A stretch of DNA of 64,000 bases, taken from NCBI GenBank assembly GCA_964252035.1, contig OZ176202.1, one strand, 5' to 3'. Source of the DNA: Podarcis erhardii. Taxonomy: Eukaryota. Position 1 is the stretch's first letter, and each line of letters starts with the position of its first letter. Below are positions 26,001 through 37,126 of the stretch, piece after piece. The position numbers and the translations under genes are program-made. Below the pieces are notes generated by a model. That model was not told the origin of the DNA. It ran no database searches and was given only the letters and a program-made list of their open reading frames with translations.

Positions 26001-26334
26001 AAGGATTTCTATTTTAAAAGTTACAGTGCTGGTAACCAACAGTGCTTTAGGCAGCTTGTAGAAATGTGTAATTCTGTTAAACCAGCTTAGATGCCATTAG
26101 GTTGGCCTCAGGCTGTGTTTTAATGCGTTCAAATTTTGCTAATTACGTTGGCATGTTGTATCTTTTAAATTACGACGAGCTGGCAGAATACTAGAGGAGC
26201 CTGGATTCAGTGCTATGAATGCTTGGGTATTTCTACCAACGCAGGATACCTTTAAGCAACGGCTTGCTTTGTACATACTTTGCAATTATCAAAAAATTGG
26301 TTTAACCTTTTTCCTTTTAAAACACTCATTTAAG

Positions 26335-26465
26335 ATGGCCCTGCCGATTCCTCCGTTACAAATGGAAGCATCACAACTCCTGCTACTGTATTGAATGATG
26401 ACCTGGATATATTTGGCCCAATGATCTCTAACCCATTGCCAGCCACTTCTATACCTCCTGCTCAG
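26335..26465 (+). CDS. SMAP1: SMAP1 exon 8, D-GPADSSVTNGSITTPATVLNDDLDIFGPMISNPLPATSIPPAQ
   Basis: ttaag acceptor, gtaag donor; 131 nt; conserved LNDDLDIFGPMISNPLPA. Confidence 0.96.
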
Positions 26466-27561
26466 GTAAGCAGCAAAATTTAGCATGCCTAGCCCTTTTT
26501 AAAATTTCTTGTTGATTGAGATGTTTACATTAGAAATGACAAGCCTGCCTAAAAATATAAAGATGACTTGTATCAGCTGTCCCGTTAAAATCACTTTCAT
26601 CTTCTTACTAGAGAGATTGGCAGGCAGTGAAGCTTGCGTTGGTTATAGACACACAATTTATAAGCCCACGCCAGGTGTTAGCATAAGAAAGAAGTTATTC
26701 ACATTTGAAACAGCAGTGGGAAAAGAAACTGGCCATAGGAAAGCCAGTGTTATGTAGCCCCTCAATTTAAGAAGAGAGCTCAATTTTACTCATGCATTCC
26801 ATATTTTATTGCACTTCAGCAGCTGGCCTCATCAATAGCATGCTATTAATATGAGTACCAATACCTTGCGTAATTTCTTTCCAAACATTATAGTATGAGG
26901 CATCTTGTAGCTCACTAAGTGCTATAATATCTCTGTGGAGAGGGAAGCTAATATTTAGTCTTAGGGTGGTTTTTTTTAAAAGGTTTAGATACATTTTCTA
27001 GATGTTCGGTCTGTCTGGGCTGTTCAACCATTACAGCTATCATTCATCTTTTATGTTTAGAGGTATTATGCTTCAGACTTCCATAGCTCTGGGATGAGCA
27101 TCATTGATATAAATAACCAACCTTTCATGTTTATGAACATCCCTGGGGGATTTAACAAGGCTTTGCCTGGAGCACAATGCTGAGTGGAGTCCAGTGACCT
27201 GATTAGTAATATGCATAATAGTATAAAGGCACAATATTATCATCTATTAAGACTTGGTGTTAACTCTCTCAGTAGCTTACAGACTAGTGATAACTAGATG
27301 GTTTCAACAGAGGCTCACTGTTATGAGGCTCATTAAGGTTTAGTGGCACATTTTGGCAATGAAAATTATTTCCCTTTGAAGTGTGCAGAGGCCTAGTTAG
27401 TCCAGCTGATCTCTTAATGGTTTTGTAGATTTATTGATCTATGACTCTGGCATGGTTCTAATCTGCATTTTTAATTGTTTGTGATTAGTGAACTGAAAAG
27501 TGGGAGTGGTCAGGTGTGCTGCCCATGTCTCCTTTTTGTTATTTGATTAAGGGTGTGTATT

Positions 27562-27562
<1 letters not shown>

Positions 27563-27614
<52 letters not shown>

Positions 27615-28211
27615 CTTTATTGTCATTTCCCCCTCTCTGGGACTACGAAAATTACTTGGCTGCTCCATCCACCCAGGTAGGGCACTCCACACAAAATCAG
27701 AACAACTATAAAAACACTAATTAAAACAATACAGTATAATACAGCAAGGAAGATTAGATGACTTTCAAAGTCCAGGTTTCCCATTCAGGGCCGAGATCGC
27801 TCTGGAGAAGAAGCTGTTCTTGAGACAGCTCGTTCTTGTCTTCATTGTCCTGTATTTCCGTCCCGACGGCAGGAGCTCGAAGAGACAGTGACCAGGATGC
27901 GATGGATCTTTTACTATGTCCAGTGCCTTCCTATGGCACCTTGTGGCATAAATCTGCTCTAAGGTGGAGAGTGGGCAGCCAACAATGCTCTCTGCTGCCT
28001 TCACAACTCTGCACAACCCCATCCTGTCCTGGGTAGTACAGCTTCCGTACCACACACATAAGCCATAAGTGAGCACGCTCTCAATGGCACAGTGATAGAA
28101 GGCAAGCAGCAGTTTCTGCGGAAGATGGTTTTTCCTTAGGATTCTCAAAAAGTACAGTCTCTGCTGCGCCTTCTTCACAAGCCCCCTTGTGTTGACACTC
28201 CAGGACAGATT
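27563..28211 (-). mobile_element. Rex1/Babar-type LINE 3' fragment with (TTA)n tail
   Basis: Open frame NLSWSVNTRGLVKKAQQRLYFLRIL...HPGHCLFELLPSGRKYR...KNSFFSRAI, typical of the Rex1 ORF C-terminus; (TAA)17 at 27563-27614 is the 3' tail. Confidence 0.8.
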
Positions 28212-28244
28212 CCTTTTGTGATATTATTATCATATCTTTAGCCC

Positions 28245-28405
28245 ACATTTCCTCCCAAGCATCTCATACATGGTTCTCACCCTTCCTATTTTATTCTCAC
28301 AAGAGCCTTGTGAAGTAGAGTTGAGTAGTTTGAGAGACAGTGGCTAGCCCAGGGTCACCCAGTGAGCTTCAAAGATGAGTGGGGATTTGAACCCAGGCCC
28401 TAGTC
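28245..28405 (-). mobile_element. L2-tail-related SINE interrupted by a hAT MITE
   Basis: tttattctcacaag...ggtcacccagtgagcttc...ggggatttgaaccc; resumes after 28619. Confidence 0.55.
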
Positions 28406-28611
28406 CAGGGGTGCCCAAACTTTTTTCAAAGAGGGCCAGATTTGATGAAGTGAACATGCGTGAGAGCCAACCAAAGTTGTTGAGGTTTTTTTTTTGGGGG
28501 GGGGTTGTTTTTTTTTAGGATTTCACCCCAGGACATATACTGCCAAGGGTGCCGGATTAAATCGACTGGCAGGCCAGATTAGGTCCCTAAAACAGACTTT
28601 GGACATCCTTG
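28406..28611. mobile_element. hAT MITE with perfect 8-bp TSD
   Basis: TIRs caggggtgcccaaa / tttggacatccttg; TSD ccctagtc at 28398-28405 and 28612-28619. Confidence 0.85.
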
Positions 28612-29333
28612 CCCTAGTCCAACACACTAACCATGCATCACTGTTGTTCTGTCTTCTTGATGTTGTCTCATTAAAAACTGAAAGTTCTTCAGGGTAACAG
28701 CTTAATTCCTTTTTCCGTGATATTCATGGTCTTCCTGTTCACTGCTTGCTCTTTCTTATGCTAACTCATTTTGTGCATGTAATGCTTTCTGTTACTGTGC
28801 TCTGAGGCTTAAGCTCCTTACCTTATCTTTACAAAGAACAGAACAAAGCACTTTGAGTGGAATTCAGCAAAGTACTAAGATTTTTCCATCAGGCAAGGAG
28901 AAATGCTCTTGCTGATGGAACTACCTCCCCTCTCCTTGCCCTAGACACTGAGGTTTCTCCTCAAAGTTTCTCCTCAAAGTTGAATTTAGGGAGGCAGGGC
29001 AAAGGGGGGGGGGAGCCCCATTGCATTAACAGGAGTCCTTCCACTAGCAGAACAAGTTAGTTAAATCCAGCCCCATGACATTTTTTAAAAGTAATTTTTC
29101 CATCAACTACTTTCCATTTTTAGGAAGGTGAAGTGCTATCTAAGTGATATATGACCTTGGCTTGTTCTCTTCTCCTTTTCTGTTCTTCCTGTGCCCCATT
29201 CTCTTGCAGATAGGTAGATTGTAGCCCTTCAAGCATGGACTTCTCTTTCTCCTTTTGCTGTGTAGTGCTCAGGTTATTTTAGATACTCTTACATATGACA
29301 AGTGAAAATTTTGAATTTGTTCCAGTACTAGAG

Positions 29334-29415
29334 CAGACTCTTGTGGCACATGAAAGGTTAACAACTTTTATTATGGCATAAACTTTTGTGGACTGTAGAC
29401 TGCTTCCTCAAATAT
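29334..29415 (-). mobile_element. Penelope-like terminal fragment with decayed hammerhead core
   Basis: Reverse complement ttgaggaagcagtctacagtccacaaaagtttatgccataataaaa...gtgccacaagagtct parallels the 58-kb element. Confidence 0.5.
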
Positions 29416-31488
29416 TAATATATATCAGATGACTTGAAGGTGTGAAACCACTTCAGACAAGAGCACTTTTGTATATTTTGAATCACTGCACAATCATAAT
29501 TTTTCAGTTGTGAGTGGTGAGACTTTAGAAATTTGCCTGGAGAGAGCTTTCCAGCAGTAGGAGTTTTTCAGTTACATTATACTAGTCCTGAGTCCACCCG
29601 TAGTAATAGTCTTTTCCCCTTCCAATGAAACTGGATATGAATAGCTCTTTTCTGTATGAGGGCCCGAATTGGGTGGAGGGTGAGCATTCATCCCACCACC
29701 TGTTACCCATGCATGCCACCCATGGCTGTTGTTCCAACCTCTCTATGTGCTGAGCCCCAGGGAGAAAGCATTTTGGAACTCCCTCCCCACTGTGATATGG
29801 TGGGCACCTACTTTTTTTTTAAAAAAGTGGTAGTTGCCAGCTGATGACCTTGTTATTCGTCCAAACATTTATTGGAATCTGATCCCAGTATTGAATTTTT
29901 AGTTGGCTGGTTCTGACCTGCATACCTTGATTTTAGCAAGTGTATTGTGAATTTGGAACTTATTTAAGCTACAGCTCTGAAATCACTGTATAATTAAAAG
30001 TCAGTAAGAAATGTTCAAAATTAAATAGATAAATGAGCAAAGTAGCATACACGATTTCCCCACAGGCTTAGGATAGCAGCTGGGCCAACATCACCAGATT
30101 TGAACCTGGGTCTCCTGGGTCCTAGGTTGACACATTAACCACGCTACCTCCTGTTTCTGGTTGATTAGTTACTTGCATTTCTTTTCAGAGTTGCCATTCT
30201 TACAGACATACTAAGATTTATGAAAGAGATGCTTTTCTTCATGCTTCACTGAGGTCATAAAAAATGTGAGAATTTCTAGTTTCTAAAGGTGCAGTTCTTC
30301 CTTACAAAGACTACTGAACCATTCAAGCTGTGACCTTTATGCACTGTGCGGAACACGGGGCAATACAAAATTTATCCTTTTGTGGTTCTGCTTTTAAAAC
30401 ACAGTTGAAGCCTTTAAGAATCTAAGCTTCACAAACCACTTGAGATCTTTTTCAAAAATCTTGTTCTTAAGCAGTGACCCTAAAATTAAAACTGGCGGCT
30501 TCCAAAACTTACCTTATGCAGTTCTCGTAACCTTGCCTTGAATTAGTCGAAAGTAATAGATCTATGACAGTAGTTCTGCTCAGTATTTCTTATCATATGA
30601 AATTGCTTCATCTGATCACTACTTTCTGTAGTTTACTTGAGAAAAATTATAAGCAAACCAAAATGAAGTTGATCTGAAGGTGTTTTCTCCTGGAAAAGTG
30701 TTTGCATGTAATGCAGCCAAACGAATACCGTACTTGCAGTTTGTACAATGTTACATGGAGGCAAGTAAGAAGGAAAATAAACCCACCAAGAATCTGGGAC
30801 TAGAATAGAGATGATGAACAGTTGTAATGGGTGTATGTGTGCATCACAAGTAGAACAAATTCTGCAAGAGACAATCTTTGTGCAATTTCTTTGTAAGCTT
30901 TTTATTTAAAAACAGATGGACAGATAATGAAATCTTCATACTGTGTGTATGTTTATGTTGGCATATTTGCTACGTATACAGTGGTGCTGCACTGCATAAA
31001 CTATGAAACAGAAGCTTGTGTGCACATCTTCAAACAACTGTGTGTACACATCTGATGATCCTGGGCCAGTCAAGGTTCCCAGATGTGCATATATACATGT
31101 TGAAGACATAAATTTTACATGCTAGCCGTAGGCAATAAATTTGCTGTATAAAAACGTGTAGCTGTTGTACTTTTGTTCATGTTGCGTAAACTTCTGGATT
31201 ATTTGTCATGATATACGGTATGTCATTGTAACTTGCACAAAGGAAACATTGGTAAATAATTAGTATTGTGTTATACATATGCAAGCATTTGTTCGTTAGT
31301 GGGGTTTTTTGCAACGTTAGGACATTTTCCTTTACAGTACTTACAAATTTTGGGGATGCTTGTAATTGGAAAGTTTGGTTACTAATACAATAACTAAATT
31401 TTTGCATTCTGTTTGAAAACACATGGCCCTTTAGCTAATGTATTTGGTGATAATGGTTTTCAGTAATCTCATTTGACTTTCTTCCCAG

Positions 31489-31654
31489 ACTGCTTCCACT
31501 AACACTGCAGCTGCTACCTTATCTGCTGCATCTGGAGATCTTGATCTGTTCACTGAACAAACAAAATCAGAAGAGTCAGCAAAGAAGCTGCTCTCCAAAG
31601 ACTCCATCCTGTCATTGTATGGCACAGGTACTATTCCGCAGCAAAATGCTCCAG
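31489..31654 (+). CDS. SMAP1: SMAP1 exon 9, TASTNTAAATLSAASGDLDLFTEQTKSEESAKKLLSKDSILSLYGTGTIPQQNAP+G
   Basis: cttcccag acceptor, gtaatt donor; 166 nt; conserved SKDSILSLYG. Confidence 0.95.
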
Positions 31655-33214
31655 GTAATTGGTTTTCAAATTTATTTCTAAATGTCTTAATTAAAAGTTG
31701 TGCCTAGAACACATGGTTGGGGCTCTCGCGCTCTCTCCCTGCAGCAAAAAGTGTGTATTAGTGATAAGTGGGATTTATTTCCCCCTTTTTATCATTAAAA
31801 AACTAACATCAAGCAGGAGGCCTAAAGAAGGAAATTATTCAAAACTGAGCATTGTAATTTGAAGGCTACAGCTATTCACAGAAAAGGTTAGGAGTCAATT
31901 TGGAGAAGAGGAGGCTTCTATTCAGAGGGATCTTCTTGGTGCTGTTCTTCTCGCTGCTTCCTTTGTACTTCTTTGCCCCTGAGTAGCTACTCCTCATGAT
32001 CTTCAGTATGCTCACAATCATTAATGGTTTTATCAGGGTTACTATTATTACTGTTATAGAAACATATCTGCCAGAGCTGGTCTCTGCTATTGAAAAGGCT
32101 CTGGGGCTGCATTCCAGGAAGCTTTGGCTGCAATTTAAGGTCCCCTTCCCTGAAATGCTGTTGGAAACCGGGGGGGGGGGGGGGAGGAGATGAGTATAAG
32201 AAGTAAATAGCTTGAATGGGAAAGTAAAAGACTGTGGAGGGGTGTGTAAAGTTGGATTTCAGAGCAAAAATAAGAAGGAAAGGTGGAAGAGAAAATTACC
32301 CTCTAAACCCAGAGGTGGGGAACCTGATCTGGCCAGAGGGCCAAATTCTTATCCCCCCTTACCCTTGTGGACAGAGCCACCCTCCTGTCCAAGTGATCAG
32401 CAGGCTTGGTCACCACCTATTCGTTGATGGGCAGTGACTTCATGCCTGCTTTCTGCACAAGTCAGCCTGCAGACTGGAGTTTCCCCACTCTTGCTGTAAG
32501 CCTAAACCAGAAACCATAACAAATCCCATAATCCACCTTAGGCTCTTTCCCAGGTCTCAGGAGAGTAGCAGTCATCAGATTCTGTCATTGCCCAGTTCTT
32601 GGTTTCTCTTTAGGAGCTGCTGTTCATGGGGTAAAGCCAGGCGGGTGGAGCGGGAGCAAAGGAGTAGCTTGCCAGTGCCTTGCCTCTGCAGGTAGCTCAG
32701 AGTGTTGTGGGGTGAGGGAGCTATCCTAGCTTGTAAGAGAATAGAGGAGGAGCAAAAGGTGGCAGCAGCTTCAGGGAAAGCCTGCTTCCTATCTCCTTCA
32801 GTGACACAACCACAAGATCACCAGGCCTAACTTTAGCTACTACTGACAACTAGGTGCTTGGATTTTTGTACCCATGCTTCTTGTTATACCCCAGCCACCT
32901 TAAATGTCTAAGGATTGTGGGTTTGTCATTAAATAGATTCCTTGCCAACATTCATTGAGCCACATGTAGATCTTAACACTATTTGTACACTGTCTTGAAG
33001 GGATAATTGAGCCTTCAAAGGTAGTCTACAAATCAGGAAATGAAATTAAGAATGATTTAAGTAAAGCAGCTACTGGATATCAGTTTTGTTTTTTGCCTGA
33101 CGTAACGGAAGTTTGGTTGGCACATTTAGCAAAAGCAGGTTTTGTTTTTAGAACTTAAAACTTTGCTGACATAATGGAATTTACTCTTTTCTTCTTCCAT
33201 TTTGCCTAATACAG

Positions 33215-33561
33215 GTGTATTCATGGGACCACAACCTATTCCCTTTACTGCACAACCACCTGCTCATTTTCAAGGTTTTCCAGCCATGGGAGTGCCTGTA
33301 CCTGTACCTGTACCTGTATCTGTACCTGCAGCCCCTGCAATGATGGGAACCATGATGGGGCAATCGGTACCTGTCATAGGACAGAACACAGGCATGATGG
33401 TAGGCATGGGAATACCTAATGGTTTTTCTGTCACTACACAAACTGCTGGTTTGGGACTTCCTCAAAACGTTGGACCCCAAGGACCAATGGTGGGGCACGT
33501 AGCCCCACCACAGAAATATGGTATACAGCAAAATCAGCAAGCCCAGTGGAACCTTTCTCAG
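33215..33561 (+). CDS. SMAP1: SMAP1 exon 10 (Met/Pro/Gly/Gln-rich), GVFMGPQ...QQAQWNLSQ
   Basis: atacag acceptor, gtgaga donor; 347 nt; phase consistent with exons 9 and 11. Confidence 0.95.
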
Positions 33562-33663
33562 GTGAGAATGAATATACATTTTTCTCCTCATGGGGGGGAG
33601 GGTGCTACAGAGAGGAGCAACTTCTTAGGATTAAAACCTGGTTATGCATATAATGTCAATAGA

Positions 33664-33714
<51 letters not shown>
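33664..33714. repeat. (AAT)17 microsatellite
   Basis: Perfect trinucleotide run. Confidence 0.95.
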
Positions 33715-33715
<1 letters not shown>

Positions 33716-35418
33716 GTAAAACCCGTTATGCAGGAGGTGCCGTGATACTGATTGCTAGGGAGCTATTGCTGCAGTTAGGAGGAATTAATTACACCAGCAG
33801 GACTGTAAATCCTGCCATATTGTATTTGTTTTCAAGATTGCTTTTTGGCGTTATTATCCACTTTAAACAATTTGTTAGACGGGTGATAGTACAAGAATGG
33901 CTTGGTAATTTTGGTGCATTACTCCTTAATTCAGAATACTAGACACTAGACAACTTTGTGTATTGTGTTCAGCAAAACTATGGGTGTGCTGTGGCTTAGC
34001 AGGATGGTGCCAATATACAGGCTCCCAGGGAGCAGCTCTTGGCTGCCTTGCTCTTGGCTCCACCTTGCTGTTTTTTATTCCTGTTGGATAGCAGAGCTAT
34101 CCAAGCTGTAGCTTAGCGCAGGGTGGGGAAATTCCGTGGCCCAACAGGCTAAATCTTTAGAACCCAGCAGGCCAACTTTGGCAGGTGGGAGGTCTCCCTA
34201 CCTGTCAACATTCAAAAGGTACTGTGTTTTCCAACCAGGTGGTGGTTGGGAAATTTGGAAGTACCGCACAAAGTGCTTTTGCAAGCCCTATGCTTAGCAT
34301 TTGAGAAGCACAACACTTTCCCAATGCCCTGAAAGCTGCAGGCATAGCAGGTCATCCAGCCCCCTGGCTTAGTGCATCATTTGAACCTGCTGTTGTGGTA
34401 AGTCTCTACCCTCCCTAACCATGAGCTGTAGCCAAGGTTTCACTGGCATGTATGAATGAGCCCATGGTGTCACTGTACTTTGTGTGTATGTATGGTACAA
34501 TATATTAGCTAACATTTTAAAAGTACTGTTCTTTCTAAATATCCTATCAATGATGTAGTATAACCATCTAACCTTTATTCAGGTGTTAGAAATCCTGGGG
34601 AAATAAACATGCAGTGAGGAAGGGTTACTAGCTGTCCCCACCTCAGTCTCTTGTCAACTTCCAACTTGAAAAAAGCAACTGTCGGGGAGAGGGGGCTTTT
34701 GTAATTGTGGTTCAGAGCTTCCACAGATGCAAAAGGCTTCCCACTGAAGACAGTAGCCTTCACAAGGTGGAAGAGGGCCAGACAGGGTGGAGCCGTTTCC
34801 GGATGCTTCTAATCTGTAAAATTGGAATGTAGATTTGTTGTGAGAATGGTGTGAGAGCAGCTTCTACACTCGTAACAGCAGGAAGAAATTCTTTGGGTAA
34901 GGTTGTTTTTCATGCCCATTGCTGCTGTCAGCATGGAAAGTTGCCCTGTTAAACTTTCACACCACTCTGGTAACCACTGCATTGACCTTTATTCTCCTTG
35001 ATAAGACTTCTTTGTAGAAAATGCACCCTTTAAAATTCTCCACACTGCTATATCTACTGATTCGCAAATATGCTTCATGTATATTATCTAAAAGTCAGAA
35101 ATGGTATACTATTTATTTATTTGCCATATTTCTACATTACCCTTCATCCACCAGGCTACCTGGATGGTTTACAGTATTCACATTAAAACAGCAATAAGAC
35201 CAGTCATAGGACAGTGATAAAATAAAACTAAACTTACTGTTGAAAAGGACATATTGAAAGATACCTGTTTATGTAACAGAGGTGCAGGTATACAAATGAC
35301 CCTCCCTGAGACAAGGTGGTATCTGCATTTTCAAATAAAGCTTGAGTCTGTCATACTGAAAGTTCAAACAGCATCTGAACCCCTGTATACTAACTAGAAC
35401 TATGTTTGCATTTCACAG

Positions 35419-35556
35419 ATGAATCAGCAAATGGCTGGAATGAATCTGTCTAGTTCCAGCAATGTGGTGGGCTTTGCTGGCCAGCCCCCAAATACAGTGG
35501 CAGGATGGACTGGAACTTCCTCAGGCCAGACTCTCAGCACACAACTCTGGAAATGA
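35419..35556 (+). CDS. SMAP1: SMAP1 exon 11 coding part, MNQQMAGMNL...SSGQTLSTQLWK*
   Basis: tttcacag acceptor; characteristic C-terminus GQTLSTQLWK; TGA at 35554-35556. Confidence 0.97.
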   Translation: MNQQMAGMNLSSSSNVVGFAGQPPNTVAGWTGTSSGQTLSTQLWK

Positions 35557-36276
35557 ACACTGCAATAGAAGTTTCATCTAGATCAGAGACTTGACATTCC
35601 ATGCTCAAATACATCTAGTTTTCTTGGTCTGCCCACATACATTGCCCACCCTCACCCCCTTCAATCTCACAGTTCTTCATATTAAGACATAATCTTAACC
35701 AACCGTGTTGTGGTCTGTATTGACTTAAATTTTGATGTAGTGAAAAGCAGGTTGGGAACACCTCTCATCAGCAGCTTTTTCATTCCACAGTACATTTGAT
35801 TTCATGAATGATACATTTTCAAAAGAGCTTCGTGACCAACTACATACTCAAAATTATTTTATCAGTTCTAGAACCAACGTTTGCATATAAGGGAAATAGA
35901 TATCATGTAAGTACTATCTCTAATATGTAAACCCCACCCCACAAATTGCCCAGTAATCCTGTAGAAGGTACTGTATGAACAAATGTTAAATCATATAAAT
36001 AAGTGTACATGTATCACTGAAACTTTTTTCCTTGTGTAAAATTGATTTTGTCCCATTATTCATGCCACTGTGATATTTTACTGCAACGTGCTGAACAGAT
36101 AAGATGGTTAGTGAAAGAGATAAACCTGGATGTCACTGTCGCCTCATCAGTTTTCTTAAGAGTTGCCTGTGACAAAATGAGTAAATTTGGCTTAAAAAGT
36201 ATGTACAGAGGGCTAATCTAAAGTATATTGCACAGCATATATACAGGGTAACTCACTCCTCAATTGTACATTTACT

Positions 36277-36282
36277 TTTATT
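36277..36282 (-). terminator. B3GAT2: Candidate B3GAT2 poly(A) signal AATAAA
   Basis: tttatt on +, about 520 nt past the B3GAT2 stop; an ATTAAA alternative lies at 36454-36459. Confidence 0.45.
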
Positions 36283-36365
36283 TTCTACAGCTGTATCCAG
36301 GTTTATGCCAGTAACTGTGTTTACATTTTATGGTGCCTCGTATCAATAAGCTGTTGCTTTCCTCT

Positions 36366-36371
36366 ATTAAA
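36366..36371 (+). terminator. SMAP1: Candidate SMAP1 poly(A) signal ATTAAA
   Basis: Followed about 20 nt later by tgtga plus a long T-run (downstream element); an AATAAA alternative lies at 36468-36473. Confidence 0.55.
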
Positions 36372-36802
36372 GAAATCCATAAACAACATGTGATTTTTTT
36401 TTTTTCATTCTATAAAGACCTCTTTTATCTACTGTTCTTCAAAAGCAAAGCTGTTTAATTCAGGAACAATAAACTTTGAACATAATAATCTGGAAGCTGC
36501 TATTTATAAATGAATTGGAAATTTTGCATTTGTTTAGATCAGTCACTCTTTTAGTGTTCCGCTGCATTTCATTGAACGTCTTGTGTAAGAACAATCTAAG
36601 ATCTGGATAAAGTACTAAAACAGATTTTTTTAAAAAATCCAAACACATGCAAAACAAGTGAAGACAAATCACAGCCATCTGATGAGTCTTAACTGATACC
36701 GTTAAAGTAAGTTGTTTCACAAAAGCAAACTGCTGTTTGAATGTTTAGCTGTTTCAAGGATGCAACCATTAATTTTGTTATGTCCCATTTTATGCTTACG
36801 TA

Positions 36803-36889
36803 TCATACTTCAATTTTGACACTGTCCAGGTGATACTTTGGCTCATTAGATAGATTTACCTTTTCAGTTCTCGTGTGCCATACAAGAAC
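36803..36889 (-). CDS. B3GAT2: B3GAT2 exon 4, VLVWHTRTEKVNLSNEPKYHLDSVKIEV*
   Basis: ttttcag acceptor; GT43 WHTRT motif; ends KIEV-TGA. Confidence 0.97.
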   Translation of the reverse strand, partial: VLVWHTRTEKVNLSNEPKYHLDSVKIEV

Positions 36890-36977
36890 CTGAAAAAAAA
36901 AGTTTAGCATCAACAATTAGTTCTGGATAATCCCCTATAGGAGAGAGGTTCCTGTATTAAAACAGCAAAACTAATAC

Positions 36978-37126
36978 CTTTGTGCAGTTGTTGGCTTTTG
37001 GTTCCAGCTCTTCCACTGTGGTGATCTGTCTGAGAAAATCAGATTCCTGCATTCCTGGTTGGGATCCATGGCGTCTGAATATCGCTTTAGGGTTGGATAA
37101 GATCACCTGAAGGCTCACAGCAAAAC
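36978..37126 (-). CDS. B3GAT2: B3GAT2 exon 3, GFAVSLQVILSNPKAIFRRHGSQPGMQESDFLRQITTVEELEPKANNCTK
   Basis: gaag acceptor, gtatta donor; 149 nt; catalytic QESD motif. Confidence 0.97.

Noticed and set aside
36679-36730. CTGATGA in the B3GAT2 3' UTR region as a second hammerhead
   Set aside because: No stem II followed by GAAA, and no stem I complement.
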